From positions 29,579-93,578 of the IMG/VR virus record IMGVR_UViG_3300031576_000016: a DNA stretch of 64,000 nt. One strand, 5' to 3'. A model generated the notes under the pieces. It was not told the origin of the DNA. It saw only the letters and a list, made by a program, of their open reading frames with translations, and made no database searches. The stretch's first letter is position 1, and each line of letters begins with the position of its first letter. The position numbers and the translations under genes are program-made. This document shows positions 58,356 to 64,000 of this stretch, one piece after another. Origin of the DNA: a virus.

Positions 58356-58633
58356 CGTTTGCCGCAAGGGGATTTCTTGTCCGTTGGCGTACAGCTTGGC
58401 TCCATATCCGGTAGGCATGTGACTTCAACCTCGGCTTGAGTTTCAATCCAGACGCGGGCTCCACAACTGAGCGGCTTGTCCGGACTGTAGATGATACGGC
58501 TGGGGCCGTGAATAACAGCGTCGTGGGCGTAGGTCACACCTTTGCTGGTGCGAATGCTGATGACTGGTTCATTGCGGCTGTGCCGCTTGTTGGAACGGAT
58601 TCGGTGCTGGTTGACGTGAATGCGTTTGAGCAT
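58352..58633 (-). CDS. Conserved phage hypothetical protein
   Basis: IHVNQH..R.N...YSPDKPLSCGARVWIET. Confidence 0.65.
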   Translation of the reverse strand: MLKRIHVNQHRIRSNKRHSRNEPVISIRTSKGVTYAHDAVIHGPSRIIYSPDKPLSCGARVWIETQAEVEVTCLPDMEPSCTPTDKKSPCGKR

Positions 58634-59297
58634 AGTTCTTGATGGCCTCCACTGCCGCTTTGGGCGACAGGTACTTTTCCACTCCGCTGCCACGAATCCC
58701 TGGGGCGAAGTTCAAGTCCACCGCATAGGCTGTGGCCTTGCCAAGAACGAAATCGACAGCGAACAAGGGGCGGTCCATGCCGAAGTGTGGCCCAATGTCT
58801 AACTCGACCTGGAACACTTCGCAGTCGCCTTCGCCACAGTTCGAGCGCCAGTCGTCTTTCGCCCGATACTCAATCCAGAAGCGGTGCATCCCGACCTGAA
58901 GCATTCGCCAGCTTACGCCTGTCCAACTCGGAGCGCCGAAGCGACCGACGTATGCTGAGCAGAAGAGGGTGTTACACTGGCGGTCCAACTCTTCCAGCCT
59001 GCTGATGCAGCCATCCCATTTGAACCGAGATGTCTGCGTCAGCCTCTTGCCATCGCCGCCATGAGCGTTCAAATCGTGGTACACAACCAGCCAGCGGACC
59101 CAATGCTGTTCGGCTTCCCACCATATTTCCATCACGTCCTTGACCAGGCCATGTGGCGGGGTCGAGAGACCCATTCCTTCGAGCAAAGCAAACTGCTCGA
59201 TACGATTGGGTCCCTCGGTTCCCATTCGCCTGAACTCCGGGCCGTTCAGGTCGAAGTGGTGGTCATAGTAGTCAGAGAAGTTGCTGACCAGTTTCAT
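58569..59297 (-). CDS. ATP-grasp-like protein
   Basis: WRSN...FAVDFV....AVDLNFAPG. Confidence 0.5.
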   Translation of the reverse strand: MKLVSNFSDYYDHHFDLNGPEFRRMGTEGPNRIEQFALLEGMGLSTPPHGLVKDVMEIWWEAEQHWVRWLVVYHDLNAHGGDGKRLTQTSRFKWDGCISRLEELDRQCNTLFCSAYVGRFGAPSWTGVSWRMLQVGMHRFWIEYRAKDDWRSNCGEGDCEVFQVELDIGPHFGMDRPLFAVDFVLGKATAYAVDLNFAPGIRGSGVEKYLSPKAAVEAIKNYAQTHSRQPAPNPFQQAAQPQ

Positions 59298-60001
59298 TTC
59301 TTTTGGAGCCGTGGTGTTGGCCCCTCCCATCGTTTGTCCATCTGCCTGACGATGTCTGGCCGCTGACAATCGTCGTGAGTCAATCTCACGTAGCTAACCG
59401 CTGGCAGGCGAATCGGATAGCAGTAGCGCCGAATCATTTCGACGAGCGGATTCAGACCATCGTCGTACAAGTCGGTCTGCGTGAAGTCGCCGCTGATAAT
59501 GAGTCGCGTGCCAACGTCGAGCCGGGTGCAAAGCATACGCAACTGCCCACGGTCGGCATTCTGCGCTTCGTCGCAGATGATGATGGCTCGCTTGATGGAT
59601 TGACCACGCATCAGTTCGAGAGACTGAAGCTCAACAATGTTTTCTCGCATGAGCTTCAGCAACTCGTTGGCGCTGAAGCATTCGTTGAGCACATCAAGTA
59701 GAGGACGCATCCACGGCTGGACTTTCGCGTCTTTGTCGCCAGGCAGGAAACCCATGCGACCGCCGCACTCAACCATTGGTCGCGTGAGAATCAGTCTCTC
59801 GATGCGGCCCTCTTTGAGCATCTGAGCAGCGAGAGCACATGGGATATATGTTTTGCCAGTGCCGGCCGGTCCCGTACAAATGGTGACCGTGGATGTTTCG
59901 ATGGCCTTGAAATACCGTGCCTGATTGTCGGTTCGCGGCTTCAGTTTGCTGCGAGCCAGTTCGAGCGCGGACTTGTCTTGTTCATCTTGCCAGTTCTCCA
60001 T
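59294..60001 (-). CDS. phoH: PhoH family ATPase
   Basis: GPAGTGKT, TRP, GFLPG, MRG, DEAQN, GDFTQTD. Confidence 0.9.
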   Translation of the reverse strand: MENWQDEQDKSALELARSKLKPRTDNQARYFKAIETSTVTICTGPAGTGKTYIPCALAAQMLKEGRIERLILTRPMVECGGRMGFLPGDKDAKVQPWMRPLLDVLNECFSANELLKLMRENIVELQSLELMRGQSIKRAIIICDEAQNADRGQLRMLCTRLDVGTRLIISGDFTQTDLYDDGLNPLVEMIRRYCYPIRLPAVSYVRLTHDDCQRPDIVRQMDKRWEGPTPRLQKK

Positions 60002-61121
60002 CGAGTAGTCTCCGCATTGTGTGGCCTACGTTGTGATAGGTAAAGTCATGCGCCCTCTCCACACCGTTCACGCCCTTGCTGATACGAAGCTCTTTGTTTG
60101 AATAAGCCTCTCGCATCGCTCGGCGTAGACAAGGAACGTCGATAGACCACCACTGTTCGTTCCCTGTGAAAAGGTCACTGAACGTGTCAGTCGCGCCACA
60201 AACCGGCTCTTGTCGGGCAGGCACCAACCAGCCCTGGCAATCACTCAGATAGTCCAGGAAGCCTGTGCAGGCCGTCACGATTGGCGTGCGGCCCATAGCC
60301 ATTGCGTCGAACGCCGGGAGACACCAGGCTTCGCCGTAAGAGGGCATGACAAAACAGTCACAAGCGGAATGCAGACGGAGGATGCCGTGGTCGGTCAGGC
60401 GGTCGAGAACAAGGACTTCTTCCTTGTAGAATTCGGGTCTGCCGCCATGCAGCTTCAACCCTTCCTTCATCTCGGTCGCCAAGATTCGCACACGCGCTTC
60501 CACGTCGTCTTTCGAGACGCCGGACTGGTTCGTCTTGATGACGAGTTGCACCGGCTCGGATGGGTCAAACTCCAGATGGAATGCTTGGATGAGCGCCGAT
60601 AGGTTTTTACGACGCACCAATTCGCCGACGAAGTAGAAGAGGAAGTCGCCGGTTTCGCGATATGGCTTCAAAATATCCAGGGGCTCGTATGACTGCATGA
60701 ACCGCTCAATGTTTGTGGCGTGAGGAACCACGCTCACAGGGATAGTTACACCGCTCGTCCTCGCGGCATCCACCATTTGACGGTTGATGACCAGGGCCTT
60801 GTCCATGCAGTTCAGTCGGCTGGCCCAGGCGCTGTCCTTGAAGTTGCTCGTTTCGCTCGCATACAAGGCGACGTTGGATGCGAAGTGTCCATCAAAATCC
60901 ATCTGATGGGGGAGGACGTGCTGGACGACCACGTCACAGCCGCGAGCTTCGCGAGCTTCTAGTTCGAGGATGCGGGCCGGCGGCTCGTGCTGAGTGGCAT
61001 TGAGCTTCAGCGGGCGTGCTACCACTTCGACGCCTGCCGCATCGAGGGACAGCATGTAGTCGATGGCAGCCTGGCCCCAGCCTGTGCCGTCACGATAGAC
61101 GCCGATGTAGAGAAGTTTCAT
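59982..61121 (-). CDS. GT4 glycosyltransferase
   Basis: RKNL, DCFVMPSYGEAWCLPAFDAMAMG. Confidence 0.85.
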   Translation of the reverse strand: MKLLYIGVYRDGTGWGQAAIDYMLSLDAAGVEVVARPLKLNATQHEPPARILELEAREARGCDVVVQHVLPHQMDFDGHFASNVALYASETSNFKDSAWASRLNCMDKALVINRQMVDAARTSGVTIPVSVVPHATNIERFMQSYEPLDILKPYRETGDFLFYFVGELVRRKNLSALIQAFHLEFDPSEPVQLVIKTNQSGVSKDDVEARVRILATEMKEGLKLHGGRPEFYKEEVLVLDRLTDHGILRLHSACDCFVMPSYGEAWCLPAFDAMAMGRTPIVTACTGFLDYLSDCQGWLVPARQEPVCGATDTFSDLFTGNEQWWSIDVPCLRRAMREAYSNKELRISKGVNGVERAHDFTYHNVGHTMRRLLDGELAR

Positions 61122-61130
61122 AGGTGTTCC

Positions 61131-61790
61131 TTACAGTCCAAGCAGTGTTTTGAACGTGCCCGGAATCGCCGGCTGCACTCGACCAATGAGCACGTCGTCA
61201 ATGTAGTCAGGTTTGATACTGTAGAGCAACTGATTTTGCATGTGCCACTCGAAGTTGTGGCTCGCTACTGTCATTGACCAGCGTAGACTGGTAGTGCAAT
61301 AACTGTAGCCGGCTCGCGTTTGGGTGTGGCGTTGAAAGTCGGCACTTGTCATCCCAAAAATATGGATGACCTCTCTCATAATGGTCCAGTAAATCAGCGC
61401 GTCCCAATGTTGCGGCGGGCGGATGCTTTGCGCCGTGGCATCCCATGTTTGCCCACAACCTTCGTGCGCAACAATAGGGGTACACATTTTGTCAAGCTTG
61501 CAAATCGTGTTTTTCAACTGGTCTAGTGTGCAGCCTATCTTGTTGTACGGCTTTTTCCTGTCAGACTTCTTGTCATTTTCTTCTCGCCAGTCAGCCTCGC
61601 CTAGTGCCAAGGCCGTCTTGTGTTCATTGCGCGGCAACGCGGCAGTTCTCACAAAGATGTCGTAGTTTTTGTCTGTTGAAATTTCTGAGATGCTAGGCAG
61701 CCAACAGCATGTTGTAAATGTTCGACACCAGTTGCCACGTAACGCACGCATGTGACGATACTTATCGTCGTACAGGAGTTCCTGAATCAT
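61131..61790 (-). CDS. Hypothetical protein
   Basis: 219-aa ORF with ATGA coupling; no motif recognised. Confidence 0.55.
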   Translation of the reverse strand: MIQELLYDDKYRHMRALRGNWCRTFTTCCWLPSISEISTDKNYDIFVRTAALPRNEHKTALALGEADWREENDKKSDRKKPYNKIGCTLDQLKNTICKLDKMCTPIVAHEGCGQTWDATAQSIRPPQHWDALIYWTIMREVIHIFGMTSADFQRHTQTRAGYSYCTTSLRWSMTVASHNFEWHMQNQLLYSIKPDYIDDVLIGRVQPAIPGTFKTLLGL

Positions 61791-63445
61791 TTCATGGCCT
61801 TACCGCGTATTGTCTCCCAGACATTGCGTTGTTCACACAACTGCAACATAATCTGGTAGGCAGTCTCTCGGCCAAACGGCTGAAACTTTGTCTCAGCCCC
61901 AAGCGTACTCGCTTCGTTGAAGTATTCACCACCCATTCCGTTCCCCAGGCTCGCCTCCCAATTGAGGTCGCGAATCATTCGCATCGCCATGTAGGAGTTG
62001 ACCATGTCTGGTCGGCCGGCCACGTAGACCATGCCCCAACGAATGAACTCTTCGTTGGACATTGTGGCAGCGGGAAACGGCGCGGGCTGGTGCAAGTTAG
62101 CAGGAAGAGACCACACATCCCCTCTCTGCTCAGTGTTCACTGAGTCAAAGTGTTGCTCCCATATCTTGCAGGTTCGTTCCCAGGTGTAGTGCTGCTCCAC
62201 CGCGCGACGGGCCTTCCAGCCTAGCTGTGCTCGCATCGGCGCGGGCATGGAGAGTAGTTCGATGAGCTTGCGGACGAAGTCCGCGTTGTCCGGCAGAGCC
62301 CGCTTGCATCCAGTCTCGGCTTCGCGATAGTAGCGTTGCACTGCGACCGGGACGCCGTGAAGCTTGCGGACCACGTCCGACATGGCCGAGTAGTCCGTGG
62401 CAATGACCGGCAGGCCGCAGGCCGCAGCCTCCACCATCGGCATTCCAAAGCCTTCGCTATTCGCGTACTGCACGTAGACATCGAAGATGTTGTAGACTTC
62501 GGCCAGGATGTGCCGGCTGATGCCAAGGTGCGTGTGCGGGAACAAGGCCGATGGTTCACCACAGTGGCGGCAGAACGCTTTCGCGTCTTGGAAGAACGCC
62601 GGGAACACTGCTCCGCAGTTCATGCACATATACGTGAACAACACCTTGTTGCTGATGCCGAACTCTTTGAGCAAGCGCGGGATGTCCCAACCAACATCCG
62701 GCCAGGACGTGTGCAGGTACAGGTACGCCTTCTGAGCGATGTCCGCCGGAGCTTCTTGAAGGAACTGCGCGAACGCTTCCATCAGGTCCGGGTACAGCTT
62801 TCGCTTTTGATTCCGCATGACCGTACCGATGACCAGGGCGTCGGCGTCGAGCCCCTTGGAGATTCGGTATTGTGACTTGTCAGGACGCATCATGTAAGAC
62901 TGCAAGTCTGCTCCGGGCGGCGTTGAGCCCAGCACGTTGACGAGTCCACCGCTCTGCTTACGAAGTAAGTCCACAGCCCAATCAGAGTACGTGAAGACCG
63001 CGTTGGCGCTGGTGTAGGTCGCCAGCCATTGCTCATCCTGGGGTTCCGCATCGACCGTGGGCATGATGGCCCAATGGAAGTAGGGACGGAACGGTGAGCG
63101 CTCCGCGAACTCCATCATCCACCAGTCGCGGATGTCGAAAACGATGTCGGGCTTGAAGTCTATGCAGGTCTCCTCGAACTTCCATTCGCCAAACTTGTTG
63201 GTCGATGTGGCGAAGTAGCGGTCGCGGTCACCGGGCTTGTGGCGGTTGTAGAAGACCGGGTAGAACTTCCACGGCACGTCCATCCAACGTAGGTCGTTGG
63301 GGTCGTTGGTATCGCCAAACGCAGCAAGCTCAGCTACTTCATACTTGCCCGTTCCGTGTAGGTACTTGAGCAACTCCAGACCATAGGTGGAGAACCCGGT
63401 CGAGAGGTAGCTGGCTTCGCCACACATTAGGATTCGCTTGCGCAT
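61787..63445 (-). CDS. GT4 glycosyltransferase with a zinc-ribbon insertion
   Basis: RNQKRK, CMNC..CRHC, EGFGMPMVEAAACG. Confidence 0.85.
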   Translation of the reverse strand: MRKRILMCGEASYLSTGFSTYGLELLKYLHGTGKYEVAELAAFGDTNDPNDLRWMDVPWKFYPVFYNRHKPGDRDRYFATSTNKFGEWKFEETCIDFKPDIVFDIRDWWMMEFAERSPFRPYFHWAIMPTVDAEPQDEQWLATYTSANAVFTYSDWAVDLLRKQSGGLVNVLGSTPPGADLQSYMMRPDKSQYRISKGLDADALVIGTVMRNQKRKLYPDLMEAFAQFLQEAPADIAQKAYLYLHTSWPDVGWDIPRLLKEFGISNKVLFTYMCMNCGAVFPAFFQDAKAFCRHCGEPSALFPHTHLGISRHILAEVYNIFDVYVQYANSEGFGMPMVEAAACGLPVIATDYSAMSDVVRKLHGVPVAVQRYYREAETGCKRALPDNADFVRKLIELLSMPAPMRAQLGWKARRAVEQHYTWERTCKIWEQHFDSVNTEQRGDVWSLPANLHQPAPFPAATMSNEEFIRWGMVYVAGRPDMVNSYMAMRMIRDLNWEASLGNGMGGEYFNEASTLGAETKFQPFGRETAYQIMLQLCEQRNVWETIRGKAMK

Positions 63446-63684
63446 TGTCTTGCCTTCTGTGCCTGTTCTAGTATTCGCGGTAGCCGATTTCTCAACTCAG
63501 CAAACAAACTTGTGATGCCAGCTTTGTGAGACTTAGCAAGCTCCCCACCTAAGTGTTCGGAGAACACGTCGATGAACACCTTGTCCCCATACGAGGTCAG
63601 ATATTCCAGAGCAGCAAGCTCGGCCTCATCCAGTTCAAACGCGGCCCGGATTACGAGTTGCGGTTTGGCAATGAGCTTAGCCAT
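63427..63684 (-). CDS. Hypothetical protein
   Basis: GGAGG RBS; 85 aa. Confidence 0.6.
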   Translation of the reverse strand: MAKLIAKPQLVIRAAFELDEAELAALEYLTSYGDKVFIDVFSEHLGGELAKSHKAGITSLFAELRNRLPRILEQAQKARQCASES

Positions 63685-64000
63685 TGACTGCCTCCGGTGT
63701 CCTCATCCGATTTCTTGGACCACGTATGTTTCTAGCATCGAGGTAGTCGTCGTATGCTTTTGCCGCCTCTTCTTCTGTCACGAACCTGCCTATGTAATGC
63801 AATTTGCCGTCTATGCGGACGCTTGCTTCGTATGCCTTGCCCCTTTTTTTGCGATACTCCGCACGAGGTAACACCGCCATTCTTGGTGTTGCCACGCGCC
63901 CTGTTGTTGCAATCGCGGTGACTAAAGGCGAGGTTATTGAGGTCCCAAAAAAGCTCAGATGCGTTCGGCGCATTCTCCCAATTTACAATGTGGTCATTGC
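63677..64000 (-). pseudogene. HNH-AP2 homing endonuclease split by a frameshift (5' end outside the window)
   Basis: One frame reads DHIVNW...FWDLNNLAFSHRDCN (HNH). Another reads YEASVRIDGKLHYIGRFVTEEEAAKAYD (AP2). The junction is at an A7G4 run. Confidence 0.65.

Noticed and set aside
36859-63445. Glycan genes as flanking bacterial LPS/capsule DNA, i.e. a prophage boundary
   Set aside because: They are coupled to tail genes, interleaved with typical phage genes (PhoH, HNH-AP2, tube mimic), and no wzx/wzy/transporter, integrase or att site is visible.

Overview
The window is part of a large tailed dsDNA phage genome. It is siphovirus-like: there is a tail tube gene but no sheath gene. The + strand (1-43746) is the late operon. 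It runs prohead protease/scaffold, decoration protein, major capsid, neck genes, tail tube, assembly factors, a 6291-aa tape measure protein (TMP), tail-tip proteins with long poly-serine tracts, and then directly a KdsB-like cytidylyltransferase, a Maf-like transferase, about five further glycosyltransferases (GTs), a cupin and a methyltransferase. The - strand (43787-64000) carries about eight more GTs, nucleotide-sugar enzymes (HddA-like kinase, Fcl-like reductase, two SDR epimerases, a nucleotidyltransferase), a phosphatase, PhoH, a possible ssDNA-annealing protein and an HNH-AP2 gene. Four signals stand out. (1) The TMP looks like a polyprotein, with more than 20 recurring xAxGG-type motifs bracketing cargo domains (a kinase, a zincin protease, membrane peptides). 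(2) Its C-terminal part has very long lysine-free stretches. (3) An 80-aa gene 50 kb away copies a 38-aa segment of the tail tube, conserved at protein level but synonymously diverged. (4) Ser-rich tail proteins sit directly upstream of a CMP-ulosonate/Maf-like glycosylation cassette. All calls come from motif recognition by eye; no database searches were run.
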